Positions 13,521 to 26,145 of a stretch of DNA of 64,000 bases are shown here, one piece after another (within the stretch, counting starts at the first letter, position 1; each line of letters opens with the position of its first letter). Origin of the DNA: Parasitella parasitica NRRL 2501 (Eukaryota; Fungi; Mucoromycota); assembly GCA_025201805.1 (NCBI GenBank), contig MU619245.1, positions 192,697 to 256,696 on the forward strand, in the 5' to 3' direction. Both the position numbers and the translations under genes were made by a program. The notes under the pieces were generated by a model. The model made no database searches. It worked only from the letters and a program-made list of their open reading frames with translations, and had not been told where the DNA came from.

Positions 13521-13567
13521 CAAGCGCTGACAATGATATTTACAAGCGCTGACAATGATATTTACAA
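13521..13567. repeat. Perfect 22-bp tandem duplication
   Basis: CAAGCGCTGACAATGATATTTA x2 plus CAA. Confidence 0.9.
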
Positions 13568-14020
13568 TGCGTGACAAAAGATGTACGAATGAAAAGTTCA
13601 GTTCTCTTGTTGACATGTTTATGTGGACATGGCTGCAATCCTCAGAATCCGCTTTTACCTCCCCCCCCCCAATGTCCATCTGACTGCTCTGTGAACGTTG
13701 ATAACGGAAAGTGTGCATTTTGATGTCATTTACAAGACCCAAGACCATGCTATTGACTCTACAGACGGCTTCAAGTCCTGTGCCTAAAACACTCTTAAAA
13801 CACTCGTATGATACTCATAGAAAACGCTATAATGTTTTGTACGGTCTACAGGAAATAGTCTTACAGTCATCGGTTTGTAAATTGCATAAATGGGGGGGTG
13901 TGTGCGCGAAGATCATGATTCCCACGCCTGGTGCGCCTGAGAGATTGCATTTCTTATTTAAACACGCTGAAACCGACGACGACATTGCCACCTTCCATTT
14001 CTTCTCTATAGTCCTCAATT

Positions 14021-15407
14021 ATGACCTCCAACTTGAAAAGCGACTACGAATATCACGAAGGCTTTGGCAACCATTTCTCGTCAGAGGCATTGAAGGATGC
14101 ACTTCCAAAAGGCCAGAATACCCCACAGAAATGTCCTTACAATCTGTACGCCGAGCAGCTATCAGGAACGGCCTTTACAGTGCCTCGTACGCACAATCAA
14201 AGGACCTGGCTCTATCGCATTCGTCCGTCTGTTGTCCACACGCCTTTTGCCCGCAACACATCAGTCAATGATTTGTTGGTTTCCAAATTTGGCGGTGAGG
14301 ATCTATTGATCACACCTACGCAGATTCGCTGGAGTCCGTTTGATTTACCTGGCCCCGACGAAAAGATCAACTTTGTCCAAGGCCTCAAATCCCTGGCTGG
14401 AGCTGGCGATCCAGCCTGCCGCAGCGGCCTCGGCATTCACATCTACTCTGCAAACACGGATATGGGTAAAACTGCATTCTACAACTCTGACGGCGACTTT
14501 TTGATCGTGCCTCAACAGGGTGTTTTGGATATATTCACAGAATTCGGCAAGATGAAGGTGGCGCCTAACGAGATTGCTGTTATTCAAAGAGGCGTCCGTT
14601 ACAGCATAAGTCTTCCAGATGGAAATTCTCGAGGCTATGTGTTGGAAGTGTTTGGTGCGCACTTTGAGCTGCCCGATCTGGGACCCATAGGCGCAAATGG
14701 CCTTGCAAATCCTCGAGATTTCTTGACACCTAAAGCTGCTTTTGAAGAGGAAAATAATGTAGACTGGCAGATTGTGACGAAATTCAATGGTCAGATGTTC
14801 AGTGCAACACAAAACCATACGCCTTTCGATGTCGTTGCGTGGCATGGCAATTACGCTCCCTACAAGTATGATTTGGCCAACTTTTGTGTGGTCAACAGCG
14901 TCTCGTTTGACCATATTGTAAGTTGTGAGCATGTATTTGGCCGTATTTCTTGCTAACAATTCGTCATAGGACCCGTCCATCTTTACCGTGTTGACAGCTA
15001 AATCAGATACACCCGGCGTTGCAGTCGCAGACTTTGTGATTTTCCCTCCTCGCTGGGCTGTAACCGAAAAGACGTTCCGTCCACCCTATTTCCATCGTAA
15101 CTGCATGTCTGAATTTATGGGGCTGATTGCTGGTGATTACGATGGCAAGTCAGATGGCTTTTCACCTGGAGGCGGGTCTCTGCACAGCGCCATGACACCC
15201 CACGGACCTGATGCGGCAGTCTTTGAAGCAGGATCCAATGCAGAGCTAAAGCCTGTGTACGTAGGAAGAAATAATCAAGCGTTCATGTTTGAAACAAGCT
15301 TTATGCTTTCATTGACGCATTGGGGTCTTGAGACGTGTGGCAAGGTGCAAGAAAATTACTATAAAGCTTGGCAGGAACTTGAACATAAATTCAATGGCAC
15401 CCCGTAG
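14021..15407 (+). CDS. hmgA: Homogentisate 1,2-dioxygenase
   Basis: [47 protein letters not shown] across intron 14918-14969, and Fe-ligand motifs [14 protein letters not shown] and GGSLHS. Confidence 0.97.
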
Positions 15408-15426
15408 AGAATAAACTTTTTTTTTT

Positions 15427-16464
15427 TTATTGATTTTGATGAGGGTCAGGCATCCAGTCTGGCGCTACAACCCCTTCCTTCCTTAGATGACGGACCATAA
15501 TTTCAAACGTATCCTCGTAAATGTTGAAATGACCCAGCGCCATCATTTGATCCGCTAAACCAGTGATTGTCTCTACGGTTTTGCGTCTCGCTTCCTCCTC
15601 CTGCTCGCTCAGCTGCGGCTGTGATGTTGCTGACTCTTTGCCCCTTTTGTTTTTGTTTTTCTTGTCGAGCATCTTTTGTTTCCAGGCCGGCAGCTTCTTG
15701 GGTAACGAATTCGCCAAGGACGTTAGTGCCTCCTGCACTGTTTGTCCAGGTTTCAAGTATTCCACTAGCGCAAGATAGACATCATTCTGTGATTGAGGGA
15801 CGTTGGATTGGCGCTCTGCTTCTTTCAAGGCTTCGTCTCGTTCACGCTGCTCATGCGCTGCCTTTGCCTGGTTCATATCTTTACGCGAGATGCCCTCCAT
15901 CCACTTGTCGTGGAATGCTTGAGGATCGACTTTATTACGAATATAGTTTCCCTTTTCATCCAGACTCCCTTCCTCCATCTCTTGCTTCATGTTGAATGCC
16001 GATATTTTAGACTCTTTCTTCTGGCCATCCTCGATGTCAGACTCGTCTTCAGACTCGCGATCGTATGAATTGAATTCTTGGCCTTCGATTTCTTGGTTGC
16101 GGTTAGCCTTTTCTTTTCCCTTGTCCTTTGAGGGCTCGGGTTCCCCGCCAAACATGTCAAAATCTTGTCCTGCCGCAGTCGGAACCACTTCTTCTTCCTC
16201 TTCCTCTTCCTCCTTTCTCCTTCTGCCATCTTCGTCGTCAGAATCACTACTGTAGACACCTCCACCCACTTCCTCGTCGTCGCTATCGTAAACGTCAAAA
16301 TTAACTGCTCCACGGCGGTTTTTTTTGTCCTCCAATTCGTCTTCATGGTTAAACTCAAAATCAGTTTCCCCATCATTCTTTTTTAAATTAGACTTTTTGT
16401 CAAATCTAACGCGTTTAAAAGATGCTTCTCCTTTTGAATCGAGACCTCTTTTCATTCCAGACAT
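15427..16464 (-). CDS. LIN1: LIN1/Snu40/CD2BP2-like U5 snRNP protein
   Basis: RRGAVNFDVYDSDDE, IEGQE, ISAFNMKQEMEEGSLDEKGNYIR, DKWMEG, LKPGQTVQEAL and ITGLADQMM..G...IY motifs. Start MSGMKRG follows a poly-T leader. Confidence 0.85.
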   Translation of the reverse strand: MSGMKRGLDSKGEASFKRVRFDKKSNLKKNDGETDFEFNHEDELEDKKNRRGAVNFDVYDSDDEEVGGGVYSSDSDDEDGRRRKEEEEEEEEVVPTAAGQDFDMFGGEPEPSKDKGKEKANRNQEIEGQEFNSYDRESEDESDIEDGQKKESKISAFNMKQEMEEGSLDEKGNYIRNKVDPQAFHDKWMEGISRKDMNQAKAAHEQRERDEALKEAERQSNVPQSQNDVYLALVEYLKPGQTVQEALTSLANSLPKKLPAWKQKMLDKKNKNKRGKESATSQPQLSEQEEEARRKTVETITGLADQMMALGHFNIYEDTFEIMVRHLRKEGVVAPDWMPDPHQNQ

Positions 16465-16500
16465 TTTTTTTTTCTTTGTATTGTATAAAATGAAACGAGG

Positions 16501-16539
<39 letters not shown>

Positions 16540-18398
16540 AAAATCGCTATAAAGCCTCTTTTTTACACCTAAATCAAGACACTCCAACCGGAGTTACCAA
16601 GCATCGCACTGTCTAAAATGGCATTTTGCAACCTATCCAGGATGCTATTGTTTATGATAATATCCAAGAAACAAATTGACTCTAGTAAATATTTGATGTC
16701 AAACTTTCAATCTACTTGATGCAATCGCATTGCCGCCAAGTTGTAAAAATAACCTGTTGTGCTAATACAATATAATTGCAAAATTTGGACTTTTTATCAG
16801 GATATGTGTTTTATTTTTTTAATGTTAAAAAATAGCATTTGATTCTTTTTTATTTATCTTGTTGGTATACTCTTGTGAAAAGGTATCAATATTGCAAAGA
16901 TATAATTAGGTGAAAATGTTTGCTTGAGCTTATGTGGAATGACTGACCAAATGTGCAATGGCAAGGTCTTGTCTCCTACTTATGGCAGACATATCGTTTT
17001 CGACCAAGCAGAAGGGAAAAAAAAAACTAAGGAACAAACCAAGAGTCTTGATAAGTTCCTGTATATTAAGTAATTTGATCCAAAATATGGAACTATAACT
17101 TTCATTTATGGAAACCACTTCATTGTAAGGCCCCAAATGTTAACTCTTATAAGTTACAGAAAAGAGATTATATTCACCAACCCACGCTATTATTCGTAGC
17201 TTTTTGAATAATTTACGGCCATTTATCTTACTTTAGAATAAGATATTTAAAAGCAATTTGTGCTGTCGATCTGCTTATTTAATCAAGGTGTGTAGAATTC
17301 CTATAATTCATCAATTACCAAACGCATCAAGGCTATTGCAGATATTGAGACACATTAAGACTGATTCTTGTTCAGCATCAGATCAGCATTTTACTTTTTC
17401 TAGACTTTCTAGACTTTCTACAATTAAGCACACCGCTAATTATTCATGCAATCATTAAATCGTGTCATTTCTTTCTAGATGTAAACAGATTGACAGCATT
17501 AACGTAGCATACTAACTCGAAGCAGTAATTCGATTTTCATACGGATCTGGGCAAATGACTTTAAAGAGCATGTGGCATCACCAACATGATGGCTAATGTC
17601 TAGTTCCGTACGTCCCAGGCTCGGTACATATTGCAGTGTATATTTAGTTGCAATGATAGTACTAATTTTACGGATAAACAGTTTTATGCAAGATCTAACC
17701 TCCTGCTCAATAGCAATTCATCTTACTTGCAGACCAAGGCAAAGAACTTTTTCTGAATGACGTTGCCAAGGGGAACATAAATGACATGATTTGGATAATG
17801 ATGGTTTAATACTTTTGCAGCAGAGGCTGGTGGTAAATTATAAGCGAGCTGAATAAAGTTAGTCTGCGATATATGATGCTCACGATAGTTGGTGCAATTG
17901 TACATAGTCATGGTGCATAATATAAAAAAAGTTGTATGCATGTAGCACAATCAAATTCAAAGTGGATGTAAGGTTAGTAAGTTTTCACAAAGATTTTCAA
18001 TTAATAATGCCAACTATTACTTGATTGATTGGCGAGTCTCGAGACAAAAGAGCTGCTGTAAATAATTCAGAATGATGGATTTCACCAACTACATGGATTG
18101 CCGAGTCTCGTGATAATCAAATTATGTATTTGATAATAAGATGAAACTACTTTGTCTCTTTAACTGCAATGCATGATTATATGCTGAAAACAACAAACCG
18201 AAATGTTTTCATTGGGTCGATGGCAGCATCAAAAAACACAGGAAGCGCGGTGTTTACAGAAACAAAATCGGCACAAGCTGAACATAGCGAGCAGTTTAGT
18301 AATGGCAGCATTTCATTTTTCTTTCATCCTTTATATATATACTTTTCGATTTCTACGTTATTTAGAGCATAATATATAATTTCTCGAGGCTATTTTAA

Positions 18399-18412
18399 GT
18401 TTCCATGGCAAC
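18399..18412. promoter_or_regulatory. RFX X-box GTTTCCATGGCAAC in the RasGEF promoter
   Basis: 13/14 match to GTTGCCATGGCAAC, about 170 bp upstream of ATG 18583. Confidence 0.45.
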
Positions 18413-18582
18413 CAGATCAAATTTCATTCAAACAACTTTGTATTAAATAGTGTGTGCCACAAAAACAAGACTGAAACTATCTATCTCTTTACTTCTTTTT
18501 TTTTCTTCTTTTTTTGTTTTTTTTCTTTTTCTGCACCATCGTTCTTACATATATACCATTACATCCTGTACATATCTTCAAA

Positions 18583-21231
18583 ATGAATTCAACTTTAAAC
18601 TATACCAACGCAACGCAACTTTTGGAGCAAGGAAAGGCAAAGGTAAAGCATCTTGTAACCGTAATCTTGACAAGAAAATAGGCTAAAAAAAAAGACTCAC
18701 GCCATTCTTCTACACCACCCCCACCACCACCCCCACCACCTGCAAAATAGGATGCATATGCAGCGTTTCTTTCTATAGTCGAGCTGTCCACCCAGCAATT
18801 GTACGGAGTCAAATTCGTCCATCAAAGTAATGTCTACAGATGCACCATTTCATGATGAAAAGCATTCAGACTGACTTGTTTTCTAGCCATTGTATCGAAG
18901 CCAGAAGAATACAATCAGTCTATTGCCTTGCTTAGATCTAGTCTTGATCAATTGGAGAAAATTGCTATCCATAAATTGCCTGGTGCAATCACGAATATCA
19001 ATAGTAGCCTGCAAAAAGTCAAACCCCCGCCGCCACCTGTACCACCTAAACCATCTACAATCAATGGCAAGCCGACGGTTCCGCCTAAACCGAGTAGGAT
19101 CATACCAAAGATTGAGGACGCCAAAATGACACAGCAGCAAAAGAGAACCAGAGGAAGCTCCGTAAGCTTTGCAGAAGATTCAAAACTGCTTCATATGACC
19201 ATCATTGAAAATGACGAGGAGGAAGACAGACGCAATGACACAAGATCCACAGAACTTGCGACTGACGCTGAAGAAGAAGATGATGAGGAGGAGGAGGAAG
19301 ATACTGTAGTGGAATTTGGAACAAATCAAACAAAGCCTGCCTCACCGACACCTATATCGCCCGTAAAACGACCTACAACAGCTACTTTTGACGAACCAAG
19401 CAACATGAAGCCGTACGCAAGGCGGAGGAGTCAATCATGGATGGTCCAAAGCGACACTGGCAGCAGGAGAGATTCAATTGACGTTCTGCTCGAAACTGTT
19501 GTTGATCCGCGCAACCTTGTTCCAGCGCAAACCAACACAGGCGACAGCATATCGCTGCCTAGCTCTACTGAAACGACGTCTCAAACAAACTACGTGCCAA
19601 ATATACCAGCTCCACCATTACTGGCTACACATCGCAGGCTGCAGCAGCGCCTGAACGAACTTGAAACAGATCCAGAGTCGATATCAGATAGACTACCATC
19701 AAGGGCAGAAAGATCGCACAAAGCGCACTGCGCCAAACAAACGCTGGAGAAAGTGCGCACCCTCTACATGAGCGCCATGACCATTCCGAGCATCCTCCAG
19801 TTTTCACCACAGCTGATAGCGTATCAGCTCACACTGATAGAGTCGTCTATCTTTCGTGGGATCCCGCCAGAGGCGCTGCTCTCCCACTCTGCTCGCACAC
19901 CCCACAAAAAGATTGTAGCTTCAACTGACTTTTTCAACTTTATCACTCGATCCATCGAGCACTCGATTTTATTGCCTCAGGAAGCGTCCAGAAGAGCAGA
20001 AATCATACACAGATGGATCAAAATCGCCACCAAGCTGCTAGCCATCAATAACTACCAAACGCTCAAGGCCGTGATTTCTGCTCTAGGCACGCCGCCAATT
20101 CAGCGGCTACGGCGCACATGGGAGTGCATTCCAAAGAAGCGAACGGGAAGGCTGGAGCTTTTAAACACGCTCATGTCAGAGACCAACAACTACTGTAAAT
20201 ACCGAGAGCATATGAGGCAAGAGGGGAAACGGTTATGGACCAAACCCGTTGTGCCCTTTCTGGGCGTGTATATACACGATGTCACCTATCTGTATGCTGC
20301 AGCCAAAGGAAACCAGCGCGACAGTCGTGTACAGGATGTTTTGAGCTGTGTCCAGCATTTTCAACGAGCTCCTGTATACCCTCAATGCCCTCCTCCCGCA
20401 TTTGCCAATGTGCAAAAGAGACATTTGTTCCGTCCCATGCTGTCAGACGCATTGCATTTTGGCTCCTCGTCAAAGAAGAGCAACAACAAGGCAGCAACGG
20501 CCGCCTTGATGGGCGATGATGAGGGGCAGGAAACAGAGGTGGAGCTAGAGCAGCAGCTGATCGTACAGTATCTGCTAATGAGACCCTGGGTCAGTGAAAA
20601 GGTCATTGATGCTCTTAGCAATCTGCGCGAACCGCCCAAGTCAAGGTCAATCTCGTCGCCCACATCAAGCCGGTACAGCAGCGACTCGACCGTTAATTTG
20701 TCCATTACGACTAGCATGGCAAACTATGGCAGCGGTTCTACGCCAAAGACAGTGTCTCCTTCTACCGCGAATGCTGGTAATAATAGCAGCTCGATTCTTG
20801 GCAACGCAAGCTCGTTTATAAGGTTCAGCAGCAGCAGCAGCAGCAGCAGCAACCACCACCACCCTCAAAACAGCGAAGAAGGGCACGCAGATGACGAAAA
20901 CAAAAAGTCAATTGTAGGCGGATTCTGGCCGTTCCGAAAAAGCATAGACACGAGTCGTAGCTCTGTCTGCACGGACGATCCGCCTTTGTGGAACGAAGAC
21001 TATAATGATGAGGAAGACGATGATGATGACGAGGAAGACGACGACGATGACGAAGAAGAAGACAAAGAGCAGGATATCCAGGCACTGATAGAAGAGGCCA
21101 GTAAGCACGCACTGCTCAACATGAGGAAAAGGCCCTCGACCATGGTGAATCCATCCAGCCGAGGCCATAACCGATCAATTTCGCTGCCGTCCAAGTCGAT
21201 CCAGGTATCAGAGCTGTACCATCCATCTTGA
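18583..21231 (+). CDS. RasGEF (CDC25-homology domain) protein with a Pro-rich N-terminal region
   Basis: IAYQLTLIES, RAEIIHRWIKIA, NNYQTLKAVISAL, IQRLRRTW and VPFLGVYIHD. Two short 5' exons start at ATG 18583. PPVPPKP SH3-ligand-type motifs. Confidence 0.9.
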
Positions 21232-21339
21232 GTTTGAATAATGTTTACCACTGCAATTATCAAATAAATTTTTAAGAAAAAGAGCTTTTGCACTTTTCCA
21301 CACACATACACACCACTACCCAAAAAAACCCCTCCCCCC

Positions 21340-22243
21340 ATGAATAACAATAAAAGAAAATCAAGCATTCATGCTGCTTCGCCTCCACCGTCAAAAAGAT
21401 CACCGATGCACGCCTTTTCGCCTCCACGTATGTCTGCAACAAGCCCGCCAAACTATTCCTACCAGCAGCAAACACAGAGCCGTCCACTGACGACAGCAGC
21501 AGCGGCTGTGGCTGCCATGAAGCGTAGCAACAACCCCCCCAGCCTCCACCAACAGCCGCCGTCATCGCAATACAGAAGACAAAGCAGCAGCACAGCTCCT
21601 CCCTCACGCCAAGGGTCCGTGGAGACGGATCGCGAGGGAAGCATCGCCGCGAGCACAGCAGCAGAGGACGAGTCAGCCGCCAACAAGGAAGAGGCAGGGA
21701 AGGAGGCAAATGCCAAAGAAGAAGCAGAGGCAGAGGACGATGAAAAAGACGACGTGGTGGTCGACTTTAATGCCAACATGCAAGCGCAGATGGAAAAGGC
21801 CAAAGAAGACATGAAGGTGTTGCTAGAGAACTTTTCAGACGACCAGCTGCAGAGATACGAGGGCTACAGACGCTCAGCGCTAAATCGAACCAATGTGAAA
21901 AGGGTGGGGGGCAGTTGATTGCACTTGTTTTCATGTGCAAATAAGACTAATATGGTGATGTATATTTATAGCTTGTGAGCCAGGTACTTAACCAGCAATG
22001 CTCGCAAACAATGGCATTCGTTGTTGCTGGTTTTTCCAAAGTGTACGTTGGAGAGATTGTCGAGAAAGGTGAGCTTTATGTCCAATCATGTAGTCCAGTA
22101 GATTCATTTGGCCTTGTGTAGCAAAGGAGATCATGGAGGAATGGGGAGACCATGGTGCAATCAGGCCAGAGCATCTCAGAGAGGCACACCGACGATATAA
22201 GATTGAAAAAGTTAGTAACGCTTCATTAGGAAGAAGACTTTAG
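21340..22243 (+). CDS. TAF11: TFIID subunit TAF11 (histone fold)
   Basis: FSDDQLQRYEGYRRSAL, VAGFSKVYVGEIVEKA and AIRPEHLREAHRRY across two introns. Stop TAG at 22243. Confidence 0.92.
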
Positions 22244-22490
22244 TAGCATTGTTACATTTTGGGACATCTGCAAAACAACAAATTTTAATTTGATTTCCTA
22301 ATATATTCGCTCTATCGTATATAATCACGCCTGCGTTTTTTTACCATTTCTTTGTTGTTGTTGTTATTATTGCCCAAATTCTGGCTGTAATATATGTATA
22401 TATATATATACCTGTGTTTAATCCATTCTTTCATCTTGTCCATCTCTTTCTCTTTTTCTTTCTGGTTTTACAAATATTATAGATACAAAA

Positions 22491-23667
22491 ATGTACGGCC
22501 CACTGTCAATGCCATTCCCTCCTTCAGCGTCATCGCCCAAATGCTGTGGCTGCATATCACTGAGATTTGGATGTGTGATTATATGTATTATATGGGCGGT
22601 AAAGTCAATTGCATAAGAAATATACTTGGGGAAAAAAAAAAGAAAAAAAAAATACTGACGCAAAGATACAGGCCTTCTCGATGTATATGTCAGTGCTATC
22701 TTTTCAAAGTTCAAGCTGTAAGTCGAGACAAGAAACACTTTGTAGCGTATGAAACTAACTTGACTACGACAGTGTTCTTCACCTACATGATAAACGGACC
22801 AATTATCGCATACGGCCTCGTGAATCTTGGGCTATCAATAGTAGCTATGGGTGGCATCGCTGTACTTGTAACCGTATGTATTATCAAAGATAGCAATCCA
22901 GGCACATGTAACTCACTTATCCAACAGGGCTCCTTTCATCATATCAAGACCCTTTCTCATGCAATCTTTGTCGCTGTCTTTGGCGTGATTGTAGATGCCT
23001 TTGCCAATATCGTTGTATTCATCACGCAGAAAGACAACTACCAAACCCAATGCGTCGCCCAAGCATCGACTACCATGAGTGCAACCCTTAGCAACGCATC
23101 GTTCGATAACAAAATCGACTATTACAATTGTGACAGTCTGTGGCAGAATGAATTGAAATTTAGCATCATTTTCTTTGCACTGCAATTCGCATTCTATGTA
23201 AGTAGTAAAACACTATTGAGCCAGACCACATTGACTCATATTTCGGACAGTGTTATTGGTCGCTGTGCATCTATAGCTTCTCCTTGGTGTTAAGAGGTTT
23301 CATGCAAGAGCCCTATGGTGGTGAGCCCATGATGGCAGGACCACCACCACCAGCAGCACCTGGCATTTCAATGCCGCCCAATGCTATGATCAACACACCC
23401 GCTGCTGGTGGCAATGGAGCCCCCTTCCCCAACAACGACCGCCAAATTATCGTTCTCAACAACGCAAAGCCTTCATCAAAGACAAAAAGACGCATTGATA
23501 CATTCTCGTTTAGAAACATGAAGCGATCATCTGCTGCCACAAGGCCCATGGAAGAGTTGCATTCACCATTTAATAGAGAAGGTGCACACTCGCCCACTCC
23601 CACATTCACACATCAGCAACTAAAGCGAACCCCAATAGCAGAAGATGAGTTCAGGTGCTTTTATTAA
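22491..23667 (+). CDS. Uncharacterised multi-pass membrane protein (CCGCISLRFG N-terminus, Pro-rich tail)
   Basis: ATG 22491, GT-AG introns, about 4 hydrophobic segments and a Cys-containing loop. Last exon corresponds to ORF 23284-23667. Confidence 0.65.
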
Positions 23668-24038
23668 GCCTACTCCCTCTTTCCTATATATACATTTACA
23701 TATACATAAATAAATCCATCTCTCGTTTATAAAAAAAAAAAAAAAAAAAAAAAAAATTATACTCTTTTTGCCAAAGGGATTGGGCCTGATTCCATATGTA
23801 TACAAGCTGATCAGCTCGATCCTATTGGTTCGTCTGCATTTGCAATCTTTAATGCGTAAAATAGACATCTCCTCTGACATGTCGCATGTTGTATTTCGTT
23901 AAGATAGAAATGCCAATTTTTTTGAATCAAACGTGCAAATACGCTGATATATATGCCGTGGATAGGTAACCGCTGTCTGTCAACCGCAGGAACCGTGAGA
24001 AGTTTGTTTGTGCCATCACAAACAAGCCCTGTGTCTTC

Positions 24039-24062
24039 AGAGAGAGAGAGAGAGAGAGAGAG
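24039..24062. repeat. (AG)n microsatellite upstream of BCAT
   Basis: About 12 AG units, read directly. Confidence 0.9.
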
Positions 24063-24209
24063 GAAGAGATGTTTGGATGCGACTCCGAGTGAATCACCGT
24101 GACTAGACCATAATTCATTTGATTAGTATTTAAATGCCCCTTTGGCCATTGAATTTGGTGATGCTTCATCTTTTTTTTCTTTTTTTCCTTTTCATTCTTT
24201 TGATCCAAC

Positions 24210-25648
24210 ATGCTCGCCTCAAGAATTCTGCCTTCGCTCAAGCGTAGTGCTTATTTTCAAGCCAAAAGATTTACATCAGAACTAAGCGTAAGATGAAGCC
24301 GGGTATGACAGCTTGGGAATCTAACGCACGCTTGAATAGGCAAGCAAGCTTCACTTCAAGAAGGCTGATACTCTCAAGCCCCTAGTTGCCAACAATGAGC
24401 TCGTTTTTGGCAACACCTTTACGGATCACATGTAAGTAGCCTTTGTAGAAATGCACAGCTTCAATTGTATATTGATGCGGCGCGGAACAGGATCTCTGTT
24501 GATTGGGATGAGAAGAAGGGCTGGGCTGCTCCTCAAATTCACCCTTACGAGAACTTGAGCTTGGCACCTAGCGCTGTTGTCTTTCACTATGCGTCCGAGG
24601 TATGTTGTCTTGCGAGATACATTTTTTTTTTTTTTTTTTTTTNNNNNNNNNNGCTGTGGATATTGAGATTTTGTGGCTAGTGTTTTGAAGGTATGAAGGC
24701 GTACAAAGATGCACAGGGAAAAATCCGTCTTTTTAGACCTGACATGAACATGGCTCGTATGAACAGATCGACTGCACGCATTGCGCTTCCTGTAAGTTTG
24801 ATTTTTTTTTTCTCACGGTACTTGAGAATTTTTTTTTTTCAAACCGTTTTTTGTTGTTTCTATAGCAATTTGATGGAGACGAGTTGATCAAGATCATTGG
24901 CGAGTATTTAAAGGCAGACGAGAGATGGATTCCTGAGGGGAAAGGCTACTCTCTCTATTTGCGTCCCACTATGATCGGCACACAGGAAATGTTGGGCGTC
25001 AACCCTCCTACATCGGCCAAGCTGTTTGTCATTGGATGCCCTGTCGGCCCCTACTACAAGACTGGCTTCAATGCCGTCCGTTTGCTGGCCACTACCGAGT
25101 ACGTCCGTGCATGGCCTCGTGGTACCGGTGAAGCCAAAATTGGTGGCAACTATGCTCCTGGATTGTTACCTCAACGTTTGGCTTCTCAGCAAGGCTATCA
25201 GCAAAACCTATGGCTGTTTGGCGAACAACATCAATTGACAGAAGTCGGCACCATGAATCTGTTTATGTTGCTAAAGAACGACGACGGCGATTTGGAGCTG
25301 GTTACTCCTCCTTTAGATGGCTCTATTCTGCCCGGCGTCACTCGCGATTCTATTATCGGTTTGGCCAAAGAATGGAAAGAGTTTGAGGTTAGCGAACGCA
25401 CCATGACGATGCCTGAGCTTCGTGAATTAGCCAAGGCAGGCCGTGTTGTCGAAATGTTTGGTGCTGGTACTGCTTGTGTTGTCAGTCCTATCAAGGAAAT
25501 TGGGTACATGGGCGAAGATATCAAGATTCCCCTTGATCCCAAGGACCCTAATAGCCAAGCTGGTCCTTACACAAAGCGTTTCAATGATGCTATCAATGCT
25601 ATCCAATATGGCGAGGTTGAACACCCTTGGTCTATTGTCGTCAACTAG
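24210..25648 (+). CDS. BAT1: Branched-chain amino acid aminotransferase, probably mitochondrial
   Basis: Arg/Ser-rich presequence [47 protein letters not shown]-lysine [14 protein letters not shown] and ILPGVTRDS. Confidence 0.95.
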
Positions 25649-26145
25649 ATGTATTATTATATAAAATCATTTACCCCTCTTCTTTTATCATAAATTAATG
25701 TGGTTCACTTTATTTAATTTTTGAAAAAAGCATACATGTGTATGTCTTATGCTTTTAAATGACATTATTAGCATGAAATCCAGCAAAAGATCCGTTCCTG
25801 AATCTCTAAATCTCAGATTTCAGTTGCAGTTGCAGTTGCGGCGTGTATCGCTCAAGAGCAGTAAGATGCTATTCCAAACTTACACACTGCGGATTTCATT
25901 ACGGGATAGCGTGTGTATAATATGACACTGAGCAAACCAACTGTTGCTATTTGTATCGTATCAGTATGTTTTTAATGATATAATAAAACTTGTTTGCAAC
26001 TTCTCCTTTTTTTGCATATATATCCATCAGACATTATTTCTGTCTCCTTTAACATCAGGATATAAATTATATATGTATATATAAATATGTAAATGTGTCT
26101 CATTGATATGCGAAATTCGAAAATACTTTTTGAATAAATTCCTGG

